A DNA stretch of 64,000 nt from an uncultured Methanomassiliicoccales archaeon (GCA_963695345.1 OY968769.1:480001-544000); one strand, 5' to 3'. Positions 1 through 11,903 are shown, counted from the first letter of the stretch. Numbers and translations: made by a program. The notes: generated by a model not told the origin, from the sequence alone.

Positions 1-2
1 AC

Positions 3-545
3 CTGAAGATACTGGCCACCGCCCATGGCATCCTATGGCGTAAGAACATCGCCAAGATAATCGATAAATACGTGGCCTACGCCAACTACCGCACCGAGCC
101 CCGGGCCGTCGTCGTGTACGATACCATGTGGGGTTCCACTCAGATAATGGCGGAGATCATTGGAGACGCCATCGCATCAGAGGGTGTGCCAGTCAGTGTG
201 ATGAGGATAACGGACACGCCGCGCAGCTCAATATTGAGGGAGGTAATGATGTCCCGGGCCTTGGTCCTGGGCTCGCCAACGCTCAACAACGGGATGTTCC
301 CCAGTGTCGCGGACATCGGCACATACATCAAGGGATTGAAGCCCAAGGGCCATCTCGCCGCCATATTCAACTCATACGGATGGGGGGCGGGCACGGCCAA
401 ACAGATGAGGGACCTGCTCAACGGGAGCGGGATGGAACTGCCTTTCGAGGACATGCAGGTTCAGTTCGTGCCGGACGAGGCGGCTAGGGCGAAATGCAAG
501 GAGTTCGGAAAGCGGATCGCCCGGAAGATCCTGGAGAGCCCTTAG
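3..545 (+). CDS. fprA: Flavodiiron protein (FprA family), C-terminal part; 5' end lies outside the window
   Basis: Frame is open from position 3: LATAHGILWR, then a flavodoxin domain (VYDTMWGST, GSPTLN, SYGWG). Ends in TAG at 543-545. Confidence 0.85.
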   Translation: MKILATAHGILWRKNIAKIIDKYVAYANYRTEPRAVVVYDTMWGSTQIMAEIIGDAIASEGVPVSVMRITDTPRSSILREVMMSRALVLGSPTLNNGMFPSVADIGTYIKGLKPKGHLAAIFNSYGWGAGTAKQMRDLLNGSGMELPFEDMQVQFVPDEAARAKCKEFGKRIARKILESP

Positions 546-689
546 GAAGGAACTGAACGGTTTTTCGTTCATCGGGCCGTAGAAGCCGAGCCCTGGTCGT
601 TTACAGATGAAGTGCCGGGCAGAACTGGAACACAGGATTTGATGTCCTTCCCGAATGCTTTAAAACGCTAAACCCCCTTGAACCACGCG

Positions 690-1613
690 ATGCTAAGTAA
701 GGCGGATATCCACGTCCATACCAAGTACTCGGGACTGGCGCATTACAAGTTCCTGAAATTCCCAGAGTCAGCATCGAATCCTGAGGACGTGGTGAAGATC
801 GCCAAGCAGGTCGGGCTTTCTGTCCTCTGCATTACCGATCACAACAGCATCGCCGGGGCGTTGAAGGCGGCCGAGTACGCCAAGGACGACCCGGAGATAG
901 AGGTGGTCATCGGTGAAGAGGTAAGCACCAGGGACGGGGAGGTCATAGGTCTCTTCCTGACCGAGGAGATCCCGATGGACCTATCCGCCGAAGAGACCAT
1001 CCTCAGGATAAGGAAGCAGGGAGGGGTCGTGCTCGCACCGCATCCTTACTCGGGGCATGTCTCGGCCATCGGAAACCTGATTGATACGCTGGACATCGAT
1101 GGCATAGAGGTCATTAACGGCGGCCACATCGATGGCATTGCCAATAACAAGGCGCTCGAGCATTCGAAGTGCGGAAAATGGGCTTGTGTGGCCGGCAGCG
1201 ACGCGCATGCCCTTGGTCAGCTGGGATGCTGTTGCACCTTGTTCGAAGGCAAGACGGCGGCAGACCTGAGGGCGGCCATCCTCAACAAGACCACGCAACC
1301 CTTCGGGTCCAGCACCACGCTCGACCGGGGCATCAAATGGAGCATCGGAGTGGTCATCTACGCCGACAAGCTGGTGCTCAAGTCCTTCTTCGGATGGTTG
1401 AGGGAAGAGGACCCCAACGACCCGATCATCAAGGTCATAAAGAACATGGCGTTCTCCAAGAAGATCATCACCCTCTGCGGTTCGCTGCTGTATTTGACGC
1501 CTCCGATCCCTTATCTCGTGGGCATAACCTCGGAGAAGATCCTGAAGAAATGGAACCATACGGTAGATGCCAAGAACTCTGAGGCCACCAGAAAGCACAG
1601 TCCGACGAAGTAG
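690..1613 (+). CDS. PHP-domain metal-dependent phosphoesterase
   Basis: PHP motifs DIHVHT, ITDHN, GEEVS, PHP, GSDAH. ATG at 690 (alternative TTG at 678). Ends in TAG. Confidence 0.8.
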   Translation: MLSKADIHVHTKYSGLAHYKFLKFPESASNPEDVVKIAKQVGLSVLCITDHNSIAGALKAAEYAKDDPEIEVVIGEEVSTRDGEVIGLFLTEEIPMDLSAEETILRIRKQGGVVLAPHPYSGHVSAIGNLIDTLDIDGIEVINGGHIDGIANNKALEHSKCGKWACVAGSDAHALGQLGCCCTLFEGKTAADLRAAILNKTTQPFGSSTTLDRGIKWSIGVVIYADKLVLKSFFGWLREEDPNDPIIKVIKNMAFSKKIITLCGSLLYLTPPIPYLVGITSEKILKKWNHTVDAKNSEATRKHSPTK

Positions 1614-1745
1614 GCTTTTTCCAATAGGCCCTGAACGGGCATCGCCAGGTCATTGATCGTTTTCCTGAGGGACCGCCTGTCCCGTATCTACGCGGGAAGA
1701 TCAACAGTTAGACACACGCTCGAGTGAATCTTGGCAAACCCAATT

Positions 1746-1795
1746 CCTTAGGCGGGAGGCGCCCTTCCCCGGACCCCCTACCCTCCCGCCTGAGG
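1746..1795. terminator. 14-bp GC-rich hairpin between convergent genes
   Basis: CCTTAGGCGGGAGG (1746-1759) pairs with CCTCCCGCCTGAGG (1782-1795), one G-U pair, 22-nt loop. Confidence 0.5.
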
Positions 1796-1802
1796 TCTTA
1801 TT

Positions 1803-3210
1803 CTAACCCTCCTCGTGCTGGTGGACGTGAACATGCTCCGGGTCGTGCAGGTTCCCGAATGCGTTGACCATCACCTCGCTGAGCGCAGGATGGATGGTCT
1901 GGCTCCTCGCTAGGGGAATGTAGGTGCGGTCGCCGGCGTTCATCAGGTAGACCATCGATTGGACGAGGATCGAGGCGTTCGTTCCCACCGCGGAAACTCC
2001 GATAATGTTGTATGAGCTCTGGTCGACCACGACCTTGGCGAAGGAATCCCTCTCCCCCATGGCGTATCCCTTGGCGCAGTCGTAATATTCGCTCACCCCG
2101 ACCAGCACCTTGATGCCTTTGGCCTTGGCCTCCGATTGGGTGATGCCGACAGAAGCGACCTCTGGATAACCGAAGACCGCGTGAGGGACGGCGTGCTCGT
2201 CGATCTTCATCTTGTTCTTGGCGAAGGCATTGATCCAGACTAGCTGGGCATGGTAGTTCGCGGTGTGGCGGAACATCGTTCTGCCTATTATGTCGCCCAT
2301 GGCGAATATCCCGGGAACGTTGGTCTCGAGGAACTCGTTGACGATGATGTACCGTCCCGCATCGGTCTTGATGCCGGAGGCCTCCGGTTCAAGCATATCG
2401 GCGTTGCTCTGAACGCCAGTCGTCAGCAGTATCTCGTCCGCCTCCAGTTCCATAACGGTGCCATTGTTGCGGTCCTTGATCACCACGATCTTGCCCTTCT
2501 CCCCCTTCCTGACAGAGACGACATCCTGATTAACCTTCAGGTTGAGATACTCCATCATCTTTGCCAGGACAAGATCGCTGACCTCCTCCTCTTCGCGGGG
2601 AAGGATGCGGGGATTATGGCCGACGATGGAGACCTTGGTCCCGAACGCGGAGAAGAAATGACCGAATTCGCAGGCTTTGTATCCGCCCCCGAGGATTATC
2701 ATCGATCGTGGCAGGGTCTGCAGATCGAAAATGCTCTCGGATGTCTCGAACCCGGTCTCCCTCAACCCGGGTATGTTGGGGATGAATGTCCTCACACCGA
2801 TCGCCAGGACGATCTTCGGCGCTTTGATCTGCTCCTGTCCTACCTGCAGAGTATAAGGCCCGATGAAGCGTGCGGTGGTGTGGTAGAAGTCCAGGCCCGT
2901 GTCCGCAGCCACTCCTTCTTCCATACCACGCCTGTCCCTGAGGACCAGCTCCCACATCCGCTTGCGGACCAGCTCATAAGTCGAGAGACTCGATCTTGGC
3001 ATTGATGCCGATCTCCCGGGCATGCTCTATCTGCCGGACCATCTCCGCCGGATAGGTCAGTATCTTGCTCGGAATGCAACCCCGGTTGAGACAGGTCCCC
3101 CCAAAGACCCAGTTCTCCACCAAGGCCACCTTCAGGCCAGCGTTCCTAGCCTTTGAGACCACGTTCATCCCAGCCCCGGACCCGATCACGATAAGATCAT
3201 ATTCCTTCAT
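1803..3210 (-). CDS. Dihydrolipoamide dehydrogenase / mercuric-reductase-like pyridine nucleotide-disulfide oxidoreductase; one frameshift near 2978 (probably a sequence error)
   Basis: N-terminal GSGAG and GGTCLNRGCIPSK in one frame; GGGYKACE, GD and TIHP in another. An extra T in GAC-TTAT-GAG joins them. His-rich C-terminus. Ends in TAG. Confidence 0.8.
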
Positions 3211-3854
3211 CAGACCGCCCATCTATTGTGTGTATAACATTAATTGATTTCCTAATTCACAGACGACCAAATCGTTGGATTGTATGTTCATGCAAAGATG
3301 GACGACATGGAAAATGCGCGTTCCATTGAGCAAGGGTGAGGACATACATCGATCACCGGGAATCGGCAAATGGATCCTAAGAACCATTCCGATTCCAGAA
3401 AAGATTGTGCAAAGGTTACCTGGCTTATGACCTTGCTTTCAAGGACTGCTTATTTATGGGAATCAAGGAACTTCCCAACATATCGTCCAAGCCCGGGACG
3501 AATCTACCGAACAGTTTCTCGGATTCCATTAAGAATCAAAAACAAAGCGCGCGAATATGGTTCGAATATGACCCTAGTTCGAAAGTACCTAGAAAGCCAG
3601 AGGAAAAAAGCCTATTGAATTTTGATTAATTTCTGTGAAAAATTGACCGATTCTTATTGTACACTTGTCTAGTATTTTTGGTACAACTATTCATTTGATG
3701 CGTGCGAAAAGCTTTTATTAGCCCTTTGTCTATCGATTTAACAATGTGCGGGACAAACATCGGATTCCAAACCGAAAACACCATGAAGAGGTGTGGCGAA
3801 TATGAATCCGATATCCCGCATGTTCCGGCCGAAGGCCGGTTGAGGTGATTCAAA

Positions 3855-5186
3855 GTGAAAAAGTCCAACGCAATAAAGATCGGATTATTGATGGCACTGG
3901 TGATCATGATATTACCAGCCCTGTCAACGCCCGTGGCGGCGACTACTGGGGTGATTGAGGATATCAACACCGGCGACACAGCATGGATATTGGTGGCGAC
4001 TGCCCTTGTGTTCATCATGACACCGGCTGTAGGTTTCTTCTACGGCGGCATGTTGAGGAAGGAAAGTTTCCTTTCCATCCTTGGTCAGACTATTATCATC
4101 ACTGGAATAGTCACCTTGATTTGGGTTCTGTTCGGTTACTCGCTGGCATTCGGGGGTTTCCATTCCGACCTGATCGGTAACTTTGACTTTATTGGGATGA
4201 AAGGCGTCGGGCAACTGCCTGATACTGACTATGCCAGATCGATCCCGTCGATATTGTTCTCGATGTACCAGCTGATGTTCGCCATCGTCACGGTCTGCCT
4301 GATCATCGGCGGTGTTGCTGAGAGGATGAAACTCAAGGCAATGGTCGCATTCCTAGCGATATGGACCATTATCGTTTACCTGCCTGTAGCTCACTGGGTG
4401 TGGGGCGGGGGCTGGCTCTCGAAGCTTGGGGCATTGGACTTCGCTGGCGGTACCGTCGTGCACATCACCGCAGGTGTGTCGGTATTGGCTGCAGCAATAG
4501 TGCTGGGCAAGAGGTTGTCTGTACAGGCCGGTAACGGCGAACACCCGCACAACATCCCGATGGTCGTCCTGGGCGGCGGCCTGCTGTGGATGGGCTGGTT
4601 CGGGTTCAATGGCGGCAGTGCGCTGGGCGCTAACGGTCTGGCAGCTCAGGCATTCGCCAACACGACGATCGCCGCAGCAATGGCGGCGATCATGTGGGGC
4701 TTGGTCTCGTGGTTCCACCAGGGGAGGCCAGGCGTGCTAGGCCTCATATCCGGCGGCATCGCCGGTCTGGTAGCGATCACACCTGCCTGCGGCTTCGTTG
4801 ACACGACTGGTGCCATAGCGATCGGTCTTGGCGCCGGGGTTGTCTGTTACGGTGGTATACTGGCCAGGAAGAAGTTGGGCTTCGATGACTCTCTCGATGT
4901 GTGGGGCGTACACGGTATCGGCGGTACCTTCGGTGCCATCGCCACCGGTCTGTTCGCCACCAGCTCAGTGAACAGCGTGGTTACGAACCAAGGCCTGTTC
5001 TATGGCGGCGGCTTCACACTGCTCGGCAACCAGCTGATCGCGGTCGCAGCGGTTTGGGCATTTGCCTTCGGTATCACCTTCATCCTGCTGAAGGTGCTGG
5101 GCAAGATCACGCCACTGAGGATGACAAAGGACGAGGAACGCATCGGTGCTGATATCATCCAGCACGGGGAGAGCGCATACAGCTAA
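3855..5186 (+). CDS. amtB: Ammonium transporter
   Basis: DFAGGTVVH, GWFGFNGGS and DVWGVHG (twin His) motifs; multiple TM helices; GAGGTGA RBS. Confidence 0.95.
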   Translation: MKKSNAIKIGLLMALVIMILPALSTPVAATTGVIEDINTGDTAWILVATALVFIMTPAVGFFYGGMLRKESFLSILGQTIIITGIVTLIWVLFGYSLAFGGFHSDLIGNFDFIGMKGVGQLPDTDYARSIPSILFSMYQLMFAIVTVCLIIGGVAERMKLKAMVAFLAIWTIIVYLPVAHWVWGGGWLSKLGALDFAGGTVVHITAGVSVLAAAIVLGKRLSVQAGNGEHPHNIPMVVLGGGLLWMGWFGFNGGSALGANGLAAQAFANTTIAAAMAAIMWGLVSWFHQGRPGVLGLISGGIAGLVAITPACGFVDTTGAIAIGLGAGVVCYGGILARKKLGFDDSLDVWGVHGIGGTFGAIATGLFATSSVNSVVTNQGLFYGGGFTLLGNQLIAVAAVWAFAFGITFILLKVLGKITPLRMTKDEERIGADIIQHGESAYS

Positions 5187-5193
5187 GAGGTGA

Positions 5194-5535
<342 letters not shown>

Positions 5536-5656
5536 CGCTGACCCCCCCTAACAAACCTTTTCCTTTTTCATATCATGGCCCATCGGATAGCCTCACGGCG
5601 CGTGAGAACGGGCCTTATGTCGTCTGGATTGGAGCATCGCGATGAGGTTACATTCC

Positions 5657-6421
5657 ATGAGGTTCAAGAACGAAGTGTTGGAGAGTCTGAAGAAATCGGT
5701 CGAATGCTGGGACTTGGAATTGGCCAGGAGCTCGGCAAAGGAAGCGTTGGAGCTCGGCATCACGCCTTCGGAGGCGATCGAGGACGGATTGAGCAAAGGC
5801 ATGACCAGCATCAGCCAGAGGTTCGATGAGGCGGTCATCTTTCTGCCCCAGCTGCTGGCCGCATCCCATGCGATGGAAGAGGCGATGAAAATATTGGACC
5901 CGGTGATGGGAGCGAACAGCGTTGCCAGAAAAGGAACGATAGTCTTGGGAACAGTCCTGGGGGACGTGCACGAGATAGGCAAGAACGTCATCGGGGCGAT
6001 GCTGCGCGGTGCTGGTTATCGGATCATCGATCTGGGTAGAGACGTATCGATTGGCAGATTCATAGACGAATGCAAGGTATCCAACGCCGATATCGTCGGC
6101 GCCTCTGCGTTGATGACCACCACATTGTGGGGTCAGAAGGCGATCGCCGAAGGAATAAGGGATGAGGGCATGCGCACCAGGACGGTCTTCGGAGGCGCCC
6201 CATGCAATCAACGTTGGGTGGAAAGTTTCGGCGGTGATCTCTATTGTCCCAACGGAGCCGAGGTGGTTGACATGGTGGAAAGGCTGATGGTCAGAATGAG
6301 ACTGGAGAATGCCATAAAGATGGAGACTGAACTGGACGGAAAACGACGTAGAGGCGCAAAGGATTGGAACTGCAACGTCATGAAGGGCATGACCTATGGG
6401 ATCAACAGCCTATCGCACTGA
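5657..6421 (+). CDS. Corrinoid (B12-binding) protein, MtmC-like paralog with no adjacent methyltransferase; ~40-aa C-terminal extension
   Basis: FLPQLL cap, GDVHEIGK (DxHxxG), SALMTTT, FGGAP; similar to 7321-7971 and 10998-11639. Confidence 0.85.
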   Translation: MRFKNEVLESLKKSVECWDLELARSSAKEALELGITPSEAIEDGLSKGMTSISQRFDEAVIFLPQLLAASHAMEEAMKILDPVMGANSVARKGTIVLGTVLGDVHEIGKNVIGAMLRGAGYRIIDLGRDVSIGRFIDECKVSNADIVGASALMTTTLWGQKAIAEGIRDEGMRTRTVFGGAPCNQRWVESFGGDLYCPNGAEVVDMVERLMVRMRLENAIKMETELDGKRRRGAKDWNCNVMKGMTYGINSLSH

Positions 6422-6492
6422 TATTTCCAGATATCACCATATATGCCTTCCGCCAATTTCCCTTCAATTACAATATTTTCGAGGTGGACCCA

Positions 6493-7110
6493 GTGAGAAT
6501 TGCTGTGATCGCCTGTGACATATTCCAGAAGGAGCTCGACCTACTGATCGGCAACGACCCGAACATCGTCCACAAGGAATATCTTGAGTTCGCCCTGCAT
6601 GATCATCCGGAAGACCTCAAGGCCAGGATATTGGAGAAGGTCAATGGACTGGTCGGTAAGGTGGACGCCGTGTTCCTGGGGTACGCTGTATGCCAATCAT
6701 TGAAGGGGATAGTGAACGAGCTCCCCATACCCACGGTCATGCTGGATGCCGATGATTGCATTGGGGTCTTCCTTACCCCTTCCGAGTACGCCGAAGAAAA
6801 GGAGAAATGCCCCGGGACCTGGTTCAATAGCCCCAGATGGGCGGAGTTGGGGGTAGAAGGAGCGAACAGGGAGCTTCACCTTGACTGCCTTAAGGACCAG
6901 GGCTTTGAGCCGATGTATTTCCTGAAGATAATGTTCGAGGGATATGAACGATGCCTGTTTCTGGACACGGGAGTCCCGGAAAAGGAGAAGTGGGAATCCC
7001 TATCGAAGGATTTCGCTGACCAATTGAAGTTGCGGCACGAGTGCCGCACCTGCGACCTGAGGATGCTGGAAGGCGGCTTGACCATGACCAAGTCAAAGGT
7101 CCAGAACTGA
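6493..7110 (+). CDS. DUF1638-like protein
   Basis: IAVIAC, LEFALHDHP, FLGYAVC, DDCIGVFL, GTWF and YERCLFLDTG pattern. GTG start after GAGGTGG RBS. Confidence 0.7.
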   Translation: MRIAVIACDIFQKELDLLIGNDPNIVHKEYLEFALHDHPEDLKARILEKVNGLVGKVDAVFLGYAVCQSLKGIVNELPIPTVMLDADDCIGVFLTPSEYAEEKEKCPGTWFNSPRWAELGVEGANRELHLDCLKDQGFEPMYFLKIMFEGYERCLFLDTGVPEKEKWESLSKDFADQLKLRHECRTCDLRMLEGGLTMTKSKVQN

Positions 7111-7320
7111 CCCCTGGATTTCTAAGAGCACGCATCTGATCGCGTCATTTTGGTTATTGCGGACAACATGGCCTTTTCTTAATTTTCCGATACCGTGGGA
7201 AACGGGGGTTAATTCCTTTTTATACCAATATCACGATTCATAATAACGTTCCTAGGAATGAACATCTGAAATAACCCCATGGAAAAATCATAACTCCAAT
7301 ATCGCCAAGGATTTGCTGAG

Positions 7321-7971
7321 ATGAGCAGAAAGGAAGAGATACTGAACCGGCTGAAGATAGCCGTCGAGACCTGGAACATCGAATTGGCCAGGTTTGCAGC
7401 CAAACAGGCTATTGAGCAGGGTATCGATCCTACTGAAGCCATCGTCAATGGGTTGGGCGAAGGAATGGTCAGCATCAGCGCGAGGTTCGACGAGGCGAAG
7501 ATATTCTTGCCCCAGGTGTTGGCCGCGTCCAAAGCCATGGAAGCGGCCCTGCAGGAGTTCGCCCCAGTCATGAAAGGATCTCCGGTCCAGACCAATGGAA
7601 CGGTCGTGATTGGAACGGTTCAGGGGGACGTACACGAGATCGGCAGGCATGTGGTCTGTGCATTCCTCCGCGGGGCCAGGTACAACGTCATTGACCTCGG
7701 TAGGGATGTCCCGTCAGAAAATTTCGTGGAAGCTGCGATCAAGTTCAAGGCTGATGTCGTGGGGGCGTCAGCACTAATGACCACGACCATGATAGGTCAG
7801 GCTCAAATAGTGGAACTAATTAAGGAGGCTGGCTTAAGTGTCAAAACTATTTTTGGGGGTGCGCCATGCACACAAAAATGGGTCGACAGCATAGGTGGCG
7901 ACGCATATTGCCCCAGCGGGGGCGAGGTCGTGGCCACTGTTGAAAGTCTACTGAGAAAGGCAAAGGATTGA
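7321..7971 (+). CDS. mtmC: Monomethylamine corrinoid protein (copy 1)
   Basis: GDVHEIG B12 motif; immediately upstream of mtmB. Confidence 0.88.
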   Translation: MSRKEEILNRLKIAVETWNIELARFAAKQAIEQGIDPTEAIVNGLGEGMVSISARFDEAKIFLPQVLAASKAMEAALQEFAPVMKGSPVQTNGTVVIGTVQGDVHEIGRHVVCAFLRGARYNVIDLGRDVPSENFVEAAIKFKADVVGASALMTTTMIGQAQIVELIKEAGLSVKTIFGGAPCTQKWVDSIGGDAYCPSGGEVVATVESLLRKAKD

Positions 7972-7972
7972 A

Positions 7973-9355
7973 ATGAGCGTCGTGGACAAGGCATTGACGG
8001 TCTATGAGACGTATCTCAGGTCCGAGAAAGGCACCAAAATGCCAGAGAGCCATTGGGACAACAAAGTGGTTCCCGAAACAGCGACCATGCTGAAGGAAAA
8101 ATACCAGATCAAGTTCGGATCAGAGATCATTCCCACCGACAAGAAGATGATCAAGAATCTGTACCTGGCCGGTCTCGAAATGCTTGTTACAACTGGCATC
8201 TACAACGCCGATACTAGCAGAGTGGTCAAGGTCACCGAGAGCGAAGTCAAGGAGGGCATCAAGAAGGCCCCGAAGAGGCTTAAGTTCGGCGAGTACCGTG
8301 ATTCCGCTTATATGGAGCCCAGAAAGGGCAACTCACCCCAGAAACCGATCATCCAGGGAGGGCCGACTGGAGCAACCGTTTCGGAGGATGTTTTCATCCC
8401 TATGATCCAGAGCTACGCTCAGGAACCGGTCATCGATACCATCGTCAACGGCGTTATGGCAACCATTGATGGCATGCCCGCCACCACAAACACGCCATTC
8501 GAGATCAAGGCCACTCTGGCGGAGATCCGCGCCATACGCGAGGCCTGCAATCGTGCCGGCAGACCCTATATGGGCATATAGGGTCCGGAGACCCCCCTCT
8601 CCGCTGCGGGGCGTCTTGCCAGCGATCTCAAGGATTGTCTGAAGCCCAGTGACAGTCATGAGGTCTCCCAGCTGAATGAGATGAAGATCGACAATTCCGC
8701 CCTCAACATGATAGCAGGGTGGCTGCACAATGGCGATACTATAATGGTGGAGCAGATGCCCATCTTCGGCGGCTACATCGGAGGAGTGGAGGAGACCGCG
8801 ATCTGCGACGTGGCCACGACCCTGACGTCATTCACGCTTCTGAACGCCTCATATCACCTGGACGGTCCAATTCACATCCGCTGGGGAATAACCACCGCAA
8901 AGGAGACGCTGACGATAGCGGCAAATGTCGCTGCCGCAATCGATATGAACACTGACCTGTTGATCGCCAACCAGTATTACCCAATAGCCGGCCCATGCAC
9001 CGAGATGTGCCTTCTGGAAACGGCTGCCCAGGCTATGGTGGATACGGCCAGCGGGAGGGAACTGGTTTCCGGTTGTGCCGCAGCCAAGGGAGTAGCGGAG
9101 GATTACACCACCGGAATGGAAGCCCGGATCATGGGAGAGGCAGCGATCGCCACCGCGGGAATGAAAATCGACGACGTGAACAAGATCCTCGATAACCTGG
9201 TCCGCGGTTATCAGAAATCGTTCCCCCGTGCACCCCAGGGAAAACGATTCCAAGAATGCTACAATGTAAAGAAGGTCCTTCCAAACAAGGAATATCTAGA
9301 GGTCTATGAAAGGACCTGTGTGGCACTGAGGAATCTTGGCCTCGATATCCAGTAA
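7973..9355 (+). CDS. mtmB: Monomethylamine:corrinoid methyltransferase (copy 1), Pyl at TAG 8579-8581
   Basis: ORFs 7973-8581 and 8681-9355 are one frame joined by TAG: AGRPYMGI-O-GPETPLS, the MtmB Pyl site. Also QGGPTG and HLDGPIHIRWG. Confidence 0.95.
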
Positions 9356-9612
9356 TGGATTGATCTTTCTTGTTCAATGGGAACATTCTTGGTCGTTCTT
9401 GGTGACACCACATTTTCTAGATTAAGACCATGGACGGTTCGATTTGACAAAGCCACTCAATCTGGACGGTCTTGATTATTGATGAAAAAATCAGTTTGGA
9501 GGCCCCATGCCCTTGCAGGGGACCCCCGAGGTGCGAAGAAAAAATTTGAGCTACAGAAGGGGTTTGGTTGGAGTAGTTTTCTATCTGGGGGGATAGACAT
9601 ATTCAGTGTAGC

Positions 9613-10992
9613 TCATTTCATATTCAGACCAAAGTTCCTCAAGGTCGCCTTTGCGCCGTCATATACCTTCAGATATTCATCTGTCGGCTTGACGGTCTTG
9701 ACATCGTAGCATTCCTGGAAGCGCTTGCCTGCCGGAGCCTTGTTGTAGCTCTTTTCGTAGCTGCTGATCAAGGTTTCCAGTACCTCGTTTACCTTGGATA
9801 TCTTCATACCTGCCGTCGCAATCGCCGCTTCGCCCATGATCCTAGCCTCCATGCCGGTGGTCTTGTCAATAACGACACCCTTGGCGGCCGCGGAACCAGA
9901 CAGCAGCTCACGTCCAGATGCGGTGTCGGTGATCGCCTGTGCGGCGGTCTCCAGCAGACACATCTCGGTGCATGGTCCTGCGATCGGATAGTACTGGTTG
10001 GCCAGCAACAGGTCGGTGTTGGCATCGATGGCCGCCGCCGCGTGAGCGGCGATCTGCAGGGTTTCCCTGGAGGTGGTTATGCCCCAGCGGATGTGGATCG
10101 GACCGTCCAGGTGGAAGTTGCCACTGAACAGCGAGAAGGAGGCCAGCGTCGTTGCGACATCGCAAATGGCTGTTTCCTCTATGCCGCCGCAGTATCCTCC
10201 GAAGATCGGCATCTGCTCCACCATTATGGTGTCGCCGTTCGCCGTCCATCCTGCGATCATGTTCAATCCGGCCATGTCGATCTTGAGCTCGTTTAGCTGC
10301 GATACCTCATGGGCGTCGCAGTTCCTCTGACCGCCAAGCAGGTCACCGGCGAGACGTCCCGCTGCGGACAGCGGGGTCTCTGGGCCCTATATGCCCATGT
10401 GCGGGCGGCCAGCGCGGATACGCGCCTCTCTGACTGCCCTCAGCTCGGCCATCGTGGCACGGATCTCCCAGGGCGTGTTGGTGGTGGCGGGGTGGCCCTC
10501 GATCGTGGCCATGACACCGTTCACCAGGTGATCAACGGTCGCCTCCTGGGCGTAGCTTTGCATGATCTGGATGAATACTTCTTCAGACACCGGAGCGCCG
10601 GTTGGGCCGCCCTGGATGATCGGCTTCCTGGCCTCGTTACCGTGACGCGGGACGAAATCGACGGCATCCTTATGCTCCCCGAGTACCAATTTCTTCGGGG
10701 TCTTCTTGATGCCTTCCCAGACCTCTTCCTCAGTGAGCGTGATGACTCTTCCCAGGTCTGAATTGTAGAACCCGCTGGTCACTAGCATGTCGAGACCTGC
10801 CTGGAACAGGCGGTTCATGAGGCCCTTGTCCTCTGGAATGATCTCTTTGCCGAATTGGATCTGGTATTTTTCCTTCATCAAAGCGGCGTTGGTCGGTATT
10901 ACCTTGTAGTCCCAATCCGCCTCTGGCAGTTTCTTACCGGCTTTCGAGCGCTCGTATGTCTCGAAGATATCGATTGGTCTTTGGGCTGACAT
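9613..10992 (-). CDS. mtmB: Monomethylamine:corrinoid methyltransferase (copy 2), Pyl at TAG 10389-10387
   Basis: AGRPHMGI-O-GPETPLS; paralog of copy 1 and convergent with it. Confidence 0.95.
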
Positions 10993-10997
10993 TTTGT

Positions 10998-11639
10998 TTA
11001 CCTCCCCATCATCTGGTTGACCAATGCCACTGCTTCAGCTCCCGAGGGGCAGTACATGTCCCCGCCGATGCTCTCTACCCATTCGGGGTTGCATGGCGCG
11101 CCTCCGAAGATCGTCTTGGCGACGACATTCTCTTCCTTCAGCATGATGACAATGTCCTTTTGAACGGTGACAGTGGTGGTCATCAGGGCGGATGCTCCGA
11201 CGATGTCGGCCTTCTTGTCACGGGCAGCCTCTATGAACTTCTCAGGCGACACATCCCTTCCAAGGTCGATAACGGTGTAGCCTCCGCCGCGTAGCATAGC
11301 GCCCACGACGTTCTTTCCTATCTCATGGATGTCACCCTGAACGGTTCCGATGACGATTATTCCCTTTGCGAGGGTTGTGCCCTTTGCCATCGCAGGTTCG
11401 AGAATCTTCAACGCAGATTCCATGGCAGTAGATGCGGCCAGAACCTGCGGTAGGTAAATCTTAGCCTCATCGAACAGTTGACTGATCATCTGCATGCCCA
11501 TGCCGAGCCCCTTTTCGACGGCTTCCGACGGGTCGATTCCGGCATCGAGAGCCTGTGCTGCGGATTGCTTAGCCAGTTCGATGTTCCACGTTTCGATTGA
11601 CTTTTTAAGGTTAGCCAATATCTCCTCTTTTTTTTCCAA
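10998..11639 (-). CDS. mtmC: Monomethylamine corrinoid protein (copy 2)
   Basis: GDIHEIGK; TTG start with AGGAGGAG RBS; upstream of mtmB copy 2. Confidence 0.9.
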   Translation of the reverse strand: MEKKEEILANLKKSIETWNIELAKQSAAQALDAGIDPSEAVEKGLGMGMQMISQLFDEAKIYLPQVLAASTAMESALKILEPAMAKGTTLAKGIIVIGTVQGDIHEIGKNVVGAMLRGGGYTVIDLGRDVSPEKFIEAARDKKADIVGASALMTTTVTVQKDIVIMLKEENVVAKTIFGGAPCNPEWVESIGGDMYCPSGAEAVALVNQMMGR

Positions 11640-11903
11640 TTTATTCTCCTCCTAGAAGAACGTGTTTTAATTGCAAAAGTATCATCTTCATTTTAGTATT
11701 AATAATTATGAGTAGCATTCGGATAGGTTAAAATATAGATATGTTGGGACTAAACAGCCTAAAAGATATCTTTATATATTAAATAATTAAGATGCTCCAA
11801 GCAAATAGCATAGTTTAAATATAATAAAACTTGATGCAAATGTAGGTGTTTGCTGAATATTCTCAGTAACGCCACCAAAATGCTGTATCAAGGGAGGAGC
11901 AAA
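11640..11903. promoter_or_regulatory. AT-rich divergent promoter region for mtmC2 and mtbC
   Basis: Very AT-rich with several TATA-like boxes (TTTATATA, TTTAAATA). Contains the TCATTTTAGTATTAATAATTATGAG motif also seen at 18011. Confidence 0.7.

Noticed and set aside
3309-3326. NrpR operator upstream of amtB (TGGAA-N8-TTCCA), and TTTCC-N9-GGAAA near 7183-7202
   Set aside because: Spacing or orientation does not match the GGAA-N6-TTCC consensus, and the first site is far from the amtB promoter.
8582-8660. PYLIS-like hairpin downstream of the Pyl codons
   Set aside because: I could not identify a structure shared by the five downstream regions by eye; this needs folding and covariation analysis.
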